Virus record (IMG/VR): IMGVR_UViG_3300036985_007154
Length of the DNA: 64,000 nt
Source of the DNA: an uncultured virus (IMG/VR IMGVR_UViG_3300036985_007154)
Taxonomy: Duplodnaviria > Heunggongvirae > Uroviricota > Caudoviricetes
Reading direction: 5' to 3' (one strand)
A program made the position numbers and the translations under genes. Position 1 is the stretch's first letter, and each line of letters starts with the position of its first letter. Of the stretch, positions 16,533 through 25,355 are shown in pieces. The notes beneath the pieces are model-generated. The model worked only from the letters and a program-made list of their open reading frames with translations. It had not been told where the DNA came from and did no database searches.

Positions 16533-16904
16533 ATGTTTGGTAACAGAAGATCTTATAATGACATCTTTAGAGCATTCGACGAAATGTTCACACAATTAAC
16601 CCCAACTAACGGTGAGTGGAAAACTCAAACTAAAGTTTCAGAAGATGGAACAATGAAAATAACCACGTATTACTACGACAACGCTAAAACAAACCCAACT
16701 TCAAAAAATCTGAAACAACAACTTGAAATCGCAATCGAAAATGAAGATTTTGAAAAAGCGGTTGAACTAAGGGACCAACTCAAGAAATTGGATACTAACC
16801 AAAAGGAAGTTGACAAACTTGAAGAGGAACTCAAAAAATCAATCGAAGAACAAAACTTTGAGAAATCAATTGAGATTCGAGACCAACTCAAAAAACTAAA
16901 GTAA
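16533..16904 (+). CDS. protein with two UvrB/UvrC (UVR) coiled-coil motifs; candidate ClpC adaptor
   Basis: AIENEDFEKAVELRDQL and SIEEQNFEKSIEIRDQL; divergent from clpC. Confidence 0.85.
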   Translation: MFGNRRSYNDIFRAFDEMFTQLTPTNGEWKTQTKVSEDGTMKITTYYYDNAKTNPTSKNLKQQLEIAIENEDFEKAVELRDQLKKLDTNQKEVDKLEEELKKSIEEQNFEKSIEIRDQLKKLK

Positions 16905-16907
16905 AAT

Positions 16908-16935
16908 AATCCCCACTCAAAAGGTGGGGATTTTT
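16908..16935 (+). terminator. intrinsic terminator
   Basis: AATCCCCAC/GTGGGGATT plus T-tract. Confidence 0.75.
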
Positions 16936-16983
16936 ATTTTATATTGATTATCATATATAAAAAGTTTGATAATATTTATATTT

Positions 16984-17316
16984 ATGAAACCATTCGAGAA
17001 ATATCTAACTCACTTAACTGACTTAAGAGAATTTTTGGACACATATTTGGGAATGAGACAATATTTTCAAGAATTAAATTTTTCTGAAAAGGACATGGAA
17101 AGTCCTCCAAGGTATACTGAAAAAATGTTTTTATATCATGAGAGATTAAATATAATTCATACTAACTTACTAAAACAAGTTAATGATTTTGGGTTTAATG
17201 TTTCTGAAGATGAATTTGATGATTTCATAGTACCACAACTGAAAAAGATAAACGAACTAATACCACTTAGAGATGGCAATACTGAAAGAAGAGATTCAGG
17301 GGACAAAGATTATTAA
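16984..17316 (+). CDS. hypothetical protein
   Basis: ATG 3 nt after TATTTATA. Confidence 0.7.
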   Translation: MKPFEKYLTHLTDLREFLDTYLGMRQYFQELNFSEKDMESPPRYTEKMFLYHERLNIIHTNLLKQVNDFGFNVSEDEFDDFIVPQLKKINELIPLRDGNTERRDSGDKDY

Positions 17317-17515
17317 TGAAATAAAATCTTCCAATATCAAAAAAACAGAATACGATACTGAAACAAAAAAACTTGTAGTAGAATTTAATAATGGATTCAA
17401 ATATGAATACGACGATATCCCTCATCAAACCTATACTAAATTCAGAATGTCGGAATCACAAGGCAAGTTTTTTACCACTGAGATATCCAAAGCCTATAAG
17501 TATAAAAAGTTATAG
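17273..17515 (+). CDS. KTSC-domain protein
   Basis: SSNIKKTEYD...LVVEF.NG..YEY...SESQGKFF. Confidence 0.88.
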   Translation: MAILKEEIQGTKIINEIKSSNIKKTEYDTETKKLVVEFNNGFKYEYDDIPHQTYTKFRMSESQGKFFTTEISKAYKYKKL

Positions 17516-17556
17516 TATTTATAAACCTATAAGTATAAACAGTTATAGTATTTATA
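17493..17556 (+). repeat. tandem 31-nt duplication (33-nt period) including the TATTTATA motif
   Basis: CCTATAAGTATAAA(A/C)AGTTATAGTATTTATA at 17493 and 17526. Confidence 0.9.
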
Positions 17557-17559
17557 TTA

Positions 17560-18303
17560 ATGAATAAATTTCAACAAATTCTTAATAGTTTTTCAGTACA
17601 GGAAACTCTCAACCCGAAAATTTGGCAGAATCCTGATGACCCTCAGAAATCAAAAATGATTCCTAAGGTGAAAAACGCATTGATGAGAATTGCCGAAGAA
17701 TTTATTGAATATCTTGGAGAAGAAGTTTTTGTTGAAGATATAGTTTTGACTGGTTCATTATCAAATTTTAATTGGTCAGAATTTTCAGATTTTGATTTAC
17801 ACATTATTGTTGATTTTCAACAATTCGAAGATGAGTCACCATTATATAAAGAACTATATAATCTAAAGAAACAAGTATTCAACGACAAACACGATATCAA
17901 AATATTTGGATATGATGTTGAACTCTATGCTCAAGATAACGAGGAGCCACATTTTGCAACAGGTGTTTATTCTGTAATGGACGATGAATGGGTTACAAGA
18001 CCTAAGAAGTTAGAAAACGAAATCGACAAATCAGTTTTGGAGAAAAAAATCAAAAACTGGACAGAAAAAATAGACAAAGTCATCGAAACTAATGAGTACG
18101 AAGATGATAAAAAAATAATCGACTCAATTAAAGAAAAATTAAAAGATTATAGAAAATCAGGATTGGAAAAAGAGGGGGAACTCTCATATGAAAACTTGGT
18201 TTTTAAGTTTTTGAGAAGGTCAGGTCACATCGAAAAATTGTTTGATATTTCAAATAAAGCTCTCGATAAAGAACTTTCAATAGAAAGAAAATTAGAAGAC
18301 TGA
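17560..18303 (+). CDS. Pol-beta superfamily nucleotidyltransferase
   Basis: LTGSLSNFNWSEFSDFDLH (GS...DxD) and a downstream VELY strand. Confidence 0.8.
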   Translation: MNKFQQILNSFSVQETLNPKIWQNPDDPQKSKMIPKVKNALMRIAEEFIEYLGEEVFVEDIVLTGSLSNFNWSEFSDFDLHIIVDFQQFEDESPLYKELYNLKKQVFNDKHDIKIFGYDVELYAQDNEEPHFATGVYSVMDDEWVTRPKKLENEIDKSVLEKKIKNWTEKIDKVIETNEYEDDKKIIDSIKEKLKDYRKSGLEKEGELSYENLVFKFLRRSGHIEKLFDISNKALDKELSIERKLED

Positions 18304-18356
18304 TACTTACACCTTAATAAATGTGAATAACCATATATTTATAAAGAAAAAATTAA

Positions 18357-19736
18357 ATGGCATTAGTTACATATCTTATAGGGCCTTGCGTTGGAGGGGC
18401 TTCAATATTAGTTGATTTTGATAGTTCATCGTTGCCTGCGGTTAATGGAAATTATTACCTAACCTTTACTGGCGGAACAACCGAGGGATGTTATGATATT
18501 ATCGATAACGCAGAACCTTCAACTGGAATTGATAAAGTATTAACTTTGTCCATAGATTATACTGATTGTGCTACTTGCCAAGCTGTTGTAACTCCAACAC
18601 CTACAGTAACAACAACTCAAACTAAAACACCAACACCTTCAGTAACAACAACTCAAACTAAAACACCAACCCCAAGTGTAACAACAACAAATACTCCAAC
18701 TAATACTTTAACACCAACTAATACTGCAACTAATACTTTAACACCAACTAATACTGTAACCAAAACTCCTACAACAACACCAACAGGAACTGCAAGTGTA
18801 ACATCTACACCAACACCAACTATTACATCAACGCCAACTAATACTCCAACTATATCTGTTACTCCAAGTAATACACCTAATGTTTGTAAAACATATGAAT
18901 TATATGGAGGAACTGATGGTACAACATTTTCTGTTAAAAACTGCGATGGATTTACATTTACCATACCAGTTCAACCGTACAATACAACAATTGTATGTGC
19001 GACAGAAGTATTTGTAATTCAAGGAAACGGATATTATGTTTCAATAGGTTCGTGCCCATTACCAACACCTACACCATCAATAACTTCGAGTGTTACTCCA
19101 ACAAATACATCAACACCAACTAATACTCCATCAAATACTACTACAAATACTGCAACTCCAACAAAAACTGCAACTAACACTCCAACTCCAACACCAACAG
19201 TAACAACAACTCAAACAGGTACACCGGCAGTAACACCAACTAATACTGCAACTAAGACACCTACGGTTACTCCAACTAATACCGCAACACCTACGGTTAC
19301 TCCAACTAATACCGCAACACCTTCAGTTACACCAACAAAAACCGCAACACCTTCGGTTACGCCAACTAATACGGTAACACCTTCGGTTACGCCAACTAAT
19401 ACGGCAACACCTTCGGTTACGCCAACTAATACCATAACACCAACAAAAACAGCAACTAATACACCTAGTCCAACAAAAACAGCAACTAATACACCTACTC
19501 CAACTCAAACAGGGACAGCATCGGTTACACCAACACCATCACCTACAGAAGATTATGTGATTTCTGCTGACCAACAATACGCTTACACTCTTGAGATTTT
19601 AGGAAGTTTCAGTGGTGGAAGCGCAGATTTTAGTGGAGCATACGCACCTCACCCTGTATTCACAAATGAATTAGGTGAAGCGGTACAACAATTAAACGGA
19701 ATCGCAATAGGCGGATTTGACGGACTAAATAATTAA
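18357..19736 (+). CDS. Thr/Pro-rich (mucin-like) virion or surface protein
   Basis: Long TPT/SVTPTNT tracts separating small Cys-containing domains. Confidence 0.8.
   Translation: MALVTYLIGPCVGGASILVDFDSSSLPAVNGNYYLTFTGGTTEGCYDIIDNAEPSTGIDKVLTLSIDYTDCATCQAVVTPTPTVTTTQTKTPTPSVTTTQTKTPTPSVTTTNTPTNTLTPTNTATNTLTPTNTVTKTPTTTPTGTASVTSTPTPTITSTPTNTPTISVTPSNTPNVCKTYELYGGTDGTTFSVKNCDGFTFTIPVQPYNTTIVCATEVFVIQGNGYYVSIGSCPLPTPTPSITSSVTPTNTSTPTNTPSNTTTNTATPTKTATNTPTPTPTVTTTQTGTPAVTPTNTATKTPTVTPTNTATPTVTPTNTATPSVTPTKTATPSVTPTNTVTPSVTPTNTATPSVTPTNTITPTKTATNTPSPTKTATNTPTPTQTGTASVTPTPSPTEDYVISADQQYAYTLEILGSFSGGSADFSGAYAPHPVFTNELGEAVQQLNGIAIGGFDGLNN
19261..19440 (+). repeat. six 30-nt coding tandem repeats (PSVTPTNTAT-type)
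   Basis: ct(a/t)cggttac.ccaactaatac...aacac units. Confidence 0.9.
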
Positions 19737-19764
19737 AAACAAAAATATATAAATAAATTAAAAT

Positions 19765-20982
19765 ATGGCAGATTTGAAACCACTTGGCAGTGAAAAAATG
19801 ACTGGACAAGATAAATTAAAAAGAATTATGGAAATTGCTCGTTTTAACGAGGTAATACCATCGAATATTAATGAAACCGCGAGATCTGAGTATTCAATTT
19901 CTCTTGCCGATGGGAATAAGTATGAAATAGTTAGAGAAAGACAGGGTTATATCATTAAAAAGACCATTTCGGAATCTGAGACTGATTATATTGAGCCAAT
20001 GAAAAATAGAAAATACTATTCTTCATATTCTCAAGCATTCAAAAGATTAAATTTAGTCGCTGGAGAGTTGAACAGAATCAATGAAAACGAAGAAGGAGTC
20101 TCTTTATACGGAGAACAAAAAAGATTCACGTTAAAAACTCCTAAACCAGCTGCTGAATCAATGCCATTACCAGCTGCAGAAGTACCCGCAACACCACCAG
20201 CAGTTCCAGATCCGGTTTTACCTCCATCACCAAGTCCTGAAATGGATATGGGAATGGGAGATATGGGTATGGCACCTGAGGCAGAAGTTGACGTTGACGC
20301 AACAATTGATGTCGAATCTCCTGAAATGGGAGATGAAGAACAAGTTACGTTCAAAACTATCCAAAAACTTACTGGTAAGTTGACTCAGAAAATCAGAACT
20401 TTAGATACTGACCAAGGAATGACTTCTGAGGACATTAAGTATGTTATCAACATGGTACTATCCTCATTTAATTTGAATGAATTATCTGAAGAGGATAGAG
20501 AAGATATCTTATCCAAATTCGATGACGAAATGGAGGATTTGGGTGGTGATGACATGGACGGAATGGATTTCACTGACGATAGTGAAGTTGAAGATATCCA
20601 AGCTGACATGGATGTTCCTGTTGAGGGATATGAAATGGAAGAAGAAGATATGGACTACGGAAACGGAGCAATTTTCGACAGTATTTTCGGAGAATCTACA
20701 GTTGACAAAGTAATCTCTAAGTATTTCGAAATATCTAAAAAAGAAATTCTTGAGAGTAAGGAAAAACATTCACAAAAGAAAAAAAGTGTAGTTTTCCAAT
20801 CAAAAAAACAGATGGAAGAAGTTATAAGACTTAGTGAAACTGTTGAACAAGAATTATCTGCTAAAAAATTCTTAGAAAATAATTCAAACGCAAAAATTGT
20901 CGGAGTTACAAATAAGAAAAATTTGGTATTTGAATTTAAAGGAAACCAAATTAAAATATCACCTGAAGGATTATTGGTATGA
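19765..20982 (+). CDS. hypothetical acidic protein, probably head-associated
   Basis: Long ORF in the late operon upstream of the terminase. Confidence 0.8.
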   Translation: MADLKPLGSEKMTGQDKLKRIMEIARFNEVIPSNINETARSEYSISLADGNKYEIVRERQGYIIKKTISESETDYIEPMKNRKYYSSYSQAFKRLNLVAGELNRINENEEGVSLYGEQKRFTLKTPKPAAESMPLPAAEVPATPPAVPDPVLPPSPSPEMDMGMGDMGMAPEAEVDVDATIDVESPEMGDEEQVTFKTIQKLTGKLTQKIRTLDTDQGMTSEDIKYVINMVLSSFNLNELSEEDREDILSKFDDEMEDLGGDDMDGMDFTDDSEVEDIQADMDVPVEGYEMEEEDMDYGNGAIFDSIFGESTVDKVISKYFEISKKEILESKEKHSQKKKSVVFQSKKQMEEVIRLSETVEQELSAKKFLENNSNAKIVGVTNKKNLVFEFKGNQIKISPEGLLV

Positions 20983-21377
20983 GTTATTTGACATACGTAA
21001 ATGGTTTAGGTCCCAACTATAAGGGAGACAATCTTTACGAATTCATTTTCTCTGATAGTATTATTGATGTTTGGGGAGATTCTTGGGAAAGTAGACCGGC
21101 TAATGGTTATCCAAGTCCTCCCGAAATACATCATATTAAAAAAGTAGGAGTTCTGAGAAATACTGATGTAAAATTGGAATTGATTCAGAACTCCGATTTT
21201 TTTTCTATGGAAGATGCAATCGACGATGTAGTAGCATTAGCATGGGAAACAGACGAATATGGAAATCATAAAAGAATGGTTTTTAGATTTGGAATGTCCG
21301 AACAACAAATAAAAGACAAACTCTACGAAAGAGATTTGATATTAGAATTCGAAAAAAAAGTAGTTTATGAAAGTTAA
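20979..21377 (+). CDS. hypothetical protein
   Basis: ORF coupled to its neighbours. Confidence 0.8.
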   Translation: MSYLTYVNGLGPNYKGDNLYEFIFSDSIIDVWGDSWESRPANGYPSPPEIHHIKKVGVLRNTDVKLELIQNSDFFSMEDAIDDVVALAWETDEYGNHKRMVFRFGMSEQQIKDKLYERDLILEFEKKVVYES

Positions 21378-22206
21378 TAAAAAAGCACTCGAATTGATTG
21401 AAAAGGGGTTATCTGCTAGAACAGTTGGAAAATTGACAGAATCACAGATTGAAACTCTTCATTCAAAATTAATTATATCAGAACAAGTTACAGAAGTTCC
21501 ACCTACAACTCCGAAAAAAACCTATAAAGTAGGTCCTAAAGGAGGTAAAGTAGGAAATGTAATGGTTTCTACGGACCCAAACACTAAAGAAGTTATAGTT
21601 ACTGCAGAAGAAGGTGAAATGAAAGAGACTGATGATGTTGAAGTAACTACCGACCCAAACAAAGAAATTGAAACTCAAGACCCAAAACAAGTTGGTCCTT
21701 CATCAGATGATGGATTTGGTGATGAAACCGATGGTATGGGTATGTTTGAAAGTGAAGCTGACCTTAAGCCAGGCCAACCAAACCCATGGGCTATATGCCA
21801 TGCACAGGTTGGTCCTAAAAAAACAAGAAAATTTGAAAGATGTGTAAAGTCTGTAAAAAAACAATTGGAAGAAGGAAAAAAACCTGTATCTTTGTTTATT
21901 GAATCTCAAATTATGAAAATCGTAGAAAAACACTTACCCCCAAGAATCACAAAAGGTGATTTATTAAGACACCTATCAGAGACATCTCATAACAAAATGA
22001 AAAAGGATACTGTTGAAGCGGCAGAACCAACTATTGCTCCGTCTAAACCAATTACTAAACCTGACACAAAACCAAGGACGAGACCATCTCATCCAGGTAA
22101 AAATCCATTTCCTGGTGAAAAAGAAGCTCCGAGAGCAGGTAAAGTTTCCCCTGATGACGCTAAGGACAGAGTAATTGATGTGATATTAAATTTACTAAAA
22201 AAATAA
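21367..22206 (+). CDS. hypothetical protein, probably virion-internal
   Basis: ORF; NPWAIC...FERCV motif. Confidence 0.8.
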   Translation: MKVNKKALELIEKGLSARTVGKLTESQIETLHSKLIISEQVTEVPPTTPKKTYKVGPKGGKVGNVMVSTDPNTKEVIVTAEEGEMKETDDVEVTTDPNKEIETQDPKQVGPSSDDGFGDETDGMGMFESEADLKPGQPNPWAICHAQVGPKKTRKFERCVKSVKKQLEEGKKPVSLFIESQIMKIVEKHLPPRITKGDLLRHLSETSHNKMKKDTVEAAEPTIAPSKPITKPDTKPRTRPSHPGKNPFPGEKEAPRAGKVSPDDAKDRVIDVILNLLKK

Positions 22207-22208
22207 TC

Positions 22209-23549
22209 ATGGCTAAGAAATTAAAAGAACAAATAGATTACGGAAATACTCCTGAAAGAATGGACCCTAATCTTGAAAGAAAATTAGGTGATCCTGAAAG
22301 TTTATATGCTCAGAACCCTGCCATGAAAAAAGGTGCTGAAGATGTTCAGAGGTTAGTTATCCAAAGATTTCAGAAAGTTGCGGACAAACTGAGACAAGTT
22401 ACTGGAATTGGAAATCTTAACTCCAAACAAGTTCAAGGAATGATTTATCAGGAAATGATGAGTAAACTTCCAAGAATTATGTCAATCGAATCCCGTCATA
22501 AAGATGAATTAATTCAATTAGCAATTGAGGCTAGTTTGGAAGAGGGTGAGGTTCCTGAAAACACCTATGAGATTGAAGGATTTTTAGGTGAAAGTATTGA
22601 CGCTTCGAATTTTAGATATCAACCTGACGAAGAGGAGGATGAAAAAGATGATGAAGATGAAGATGAAAAAATGATTATCCCTTCTTTTGATGTCGAAGAT
22701 TTAACCGACGAAGAAGAATTAGAATTAGAAAAACATAAAAGAAATATAATTAACGCTATCATTCAAGGAGCTGCAAAAAAAGGACATTACCTTTTTCAGA
22801 AACCCGATGTGAAGGCAAGATTAGATGCTATTGACCCATCACTATATCCAAGTTATTTGGGTATAATGGCAATTAACGACTTTATGTACTTCACCATGGA
22901 ACAGATGATTGAAATGATGAGTCAGACTGGACAAGGTGTCGCTGGTAAAATGTCATTAGAAGATACTGATGATGATGAGGGTGGTGAAGGTGGTGATGAT
23001 GATGCTCCCGAAACAAAAATTGTTGCAGAAGGAATGATTTTCCCAATTTTGTGTCATGAGATTATCAAAGGATTAGAAGCCGCCAAAGGTAGATACGGAC
23101 AATCACAAAATCCAAGTATCAGGCAAAAAGTAAAAGGAGCTGTGGATTTGTTATCGAACGAACCGATGCAACTTAGAATAGGACCTGAAATTGTAGAAAA
23201 AATCAGACTTGCATTACCTGACGAGATGTTCTCTGAGTCAAATAAGGGATTAATCAATTGGTTCCATATTTCATTATATCAGTTAGCGGCTCAAGAATTT
23301 TTACAACTTATGGGAGATGTTATCTCTACGGATGGTTCCAAAGTCAAAAGAGCGACTTCAAGATTTAAAGAAATTATGAAAGAAGCGATGCAACTTAAGG
23401 AGGAATATGACGAGTATGTCGCCAGCAAAGAAGATGAAGAAATGGGAGATTTCTTAGGAAGTTTAGGGCCTAATGAACCTGATGATGATGACGATGACGA
23501 TTTTCTCGATGATTTCTTAGGTAGTATGAACATATCAAGACCTAAATAA
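22209..23549 (+). CDS. hypothetical acidic protein upstream of the terminase
   Basis: 446-aa ORF. Confidence 0.8.
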   Translation: MAKKLKEQIDYGNTPERMDPNLERKLGDPESLYAQNPAMKKGAEDVQRLVIQRFQKVADKLRQVTGIGNLNSKQVQGMIYQEMMSKLPRIMSIESRHKDELIQLAIEASLEEGEVPENTYEIEGFLGESIDASNFRYQPDEEEDEKDDEDEDEKMIIPSFDVEDLTDEEELELEKHKRNIINAIIQGAAKKGHYLFQKPDVKARLDAIDPSLYPSYLGIMAINDFMYFTMEQMIEMMSQTGQGVAGKMSLEDTDDDEGGEGGDDDAPETKIVAEGMIFPILCHEIIKGLEAAKGRYGQSQNPSIRQKVKGAVDLLSNEPMQLRIGPEIVEKIRLALPDEMFSESNKGLINWFHISLYQLAAQEFLQLMGDVISTDGSKVKRATSRFKEIMKEAMQLKEEYDEYVASKEDEEMGDFLGSLGPNEPDDDDDDDFLDDFLGSMNISRPK

Positions 23550-23557
23550 TTCAATGT

Positions 23558-25318
23558 GTGACTAAAGAACAATTAATTATAGAATATACGAAGTGCATGA
23601 GGAATACTCCATATGCACTTCGTACTTATTTACAGACATACGATAATACAGTGTCAAAGTATGTCCCATTAGAACTTTTTCCTGACCAAGTTTCACTACT
23701 TGAAGATTACGAAAGCAGCAACGAAAACATTGCATTAAAATACAGACAAGCGGGGGTTACAACCGTAACCGCTGCTTGGGCATCAAAAAAACTTGCATTT
23801 GCAAGAAAAGAAAAACCTGAAAAAGTTCTAATCATTGCCAACAAGTTGGACACTTCAGTGGAAATGGCGAATAAGATAAGGGCGTTTATTGAACAATGGC
23901 CTGATTGGGTTTCAATCGGGTTTTCGGTAGAAAAAAACTCCCAAAGACATTTCAAGCTTAATAATGGATGTGAGGTCAAAGCGGTGGCGACATCCAAAGA
24001 TGCACTTAGAGGTTATACACCAACAATTCTTATTTTTGACGAAGCAGCCTTTATCGAGGCGGATGGAGACTTTTGGTCTGCTTGTATGGCCTCACTATCC
24101 ACGGGTGGTAAAGTTATTGTAGTTTCCACACCAAACGGTTACGATCCAATATATTATGAAATATATGATCAAGCATTAAGAGGAATGAATGATTTCAAAA
24201 TCTCTGAAATGTTTTGGTATCGAGACCCTCGTTATACCAAAGATTTATACATGGTAAAGACAAATGATTTGGTTCATTATCTTTTGAATCGAGAGGATTA
24301 TCCTGTAGACACCGTTATTCCCTTAACTAATAATAATCCCTATGAAAGAGACCATACTATTGTAACAGATTATATTTCTCAAGGATATAAGCCTTGTTCT
24401 GCATGGTTTGAGGGGATGGTAAAAAAACTTAAGTACGATAGACGTAAAGTCGCTCAAGAACTTGAATGCAACTTCTTGGGGTCGGGTGATAACGTATTCG
24501 ATTCAGAGTTAATGCAAAACATTTCTAAAAATCAATTAAGACCACCACAAGCTAAACTTATGGGTAACGCCCTGTGGATTTTTAAGGAACCTGTAAATAA
24601 TCATAAGTATGTTATGGGAGTTGACGTTTCTCGTGGTGATTCTGAGGATTTTTCATCAATCCAAATCATTGATTTTGATGAGAGGGAACAAGTATTAGAA
24701 TATGTTGGCAAGATTCCTCCCGATGTGCTAGCCGAAATCGCATATAAATGGGGAACCATGTACAATGCATTTTGTGTAATAGATATTACTGGAGGTATGG
24801 GAGTTTCTACTGCCAGAAAAATGCAAGAATTACAATATCAACCCGGATTATATGTTGATGGTGTCGACACTTCAAATAAATGGAAATGGGACCCGAAAAT
24901 AAATGAAAAAATCCCCGGCATCAACTTTAATACAAAAAGGGTTCAAATTATTGCGGCCTTTGAAGAAGGTGTTAGACATGGATTCAAAATATACTCCCAT
25001 AGAACATACAATGAGATGAATACTTTTGTGTTCATACATGGAAGACCTGACCACCAAAAAGGTCAACATGATGATTGTATTATGGGACTATCAATGGCAA
25101 TTTATGTTGCAGAAAAGTCATTTCAATCATTAACAAAAGTTGTTAATCACACAAAAGCCATGTTGAATTCGTGGTCAACTGTGATGAATGAAAATAAAAA
25201 TACTTCAGATTTTTTTAATCCCTTGGTACCTCAGATGGGAAGAGACTCCAACTTGAGGAATAATGGGGCTTCTAAAGCAGATTACCAAAAATATGGATGG
25301 TTATTTGGCTCTAAATAA
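23558..25318 (+). CDS. terL: terminase large subunit (T4 gp17-like)
   Basis: KYRQAGVTT Walker A variant, LIFDEAAF Walker B, VSTPNG, QELECNF, nuclease GVDVSRG...HDDCIM. Confidence 0.95.
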   Translation: MTKEQLIIEYTKCMRNTPYALRTYLQTYDNTVSKYVPLELFPDQVSLLEDYESSNENIALKYRQAGVTTVTAAWASKKLAFARKEKPEKVLIIANKLDTSVEMANKIRAFIEQWPDWVSIGFSVEKNSQRHFKLNNGCEVKAVATSKDALRGYTPTILIFDEAAFIEADGDFWSACMASLSTGGKVIVVSTPNGYDPIYYEIYDQALRGMNDFKISEMFWYRDPRYTKDLYMVKTNDLVHYLLNREDYPVDTVIPLTNNNPYERDHTIVTDYISQGYKPCSAWFEGMVKKLKYDRRKVAQELECNFLGSGDNVFDSELMQNISKNQLRPPQAKLMGNALWIFKEPVNNHKYVMGVDVSRGDSEDFSSIQIIDFDEREQVLEYVGKIPPDVLAEIAYKWGTMYNAFCVIDITGGMGVSTARKMQELQYQPGLYVDGVDTSNKWKWDPKINEKIPGINFNTKRVQIIAAFEEGVRHGFKIYSHRTYNEMNTFVFIHGRPDHQKGQHDDCIMGLSMAIYVAEKSFQSLTKVVNHTKAMLNSWSTVMNENKNTSDFFNPLVPQMGRDSNLRNNGASKADYQKYGWLFGSK

Positions 25319-25355
25319 CTATTTATATTACTGAGGTAAAGAGTAAATTTAGACT

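Noticed and set aside
19261..19440. 30-nt repeats as a second CRISPR array
   Set aside because: Head-to-tail coding repeats with no unique spacers
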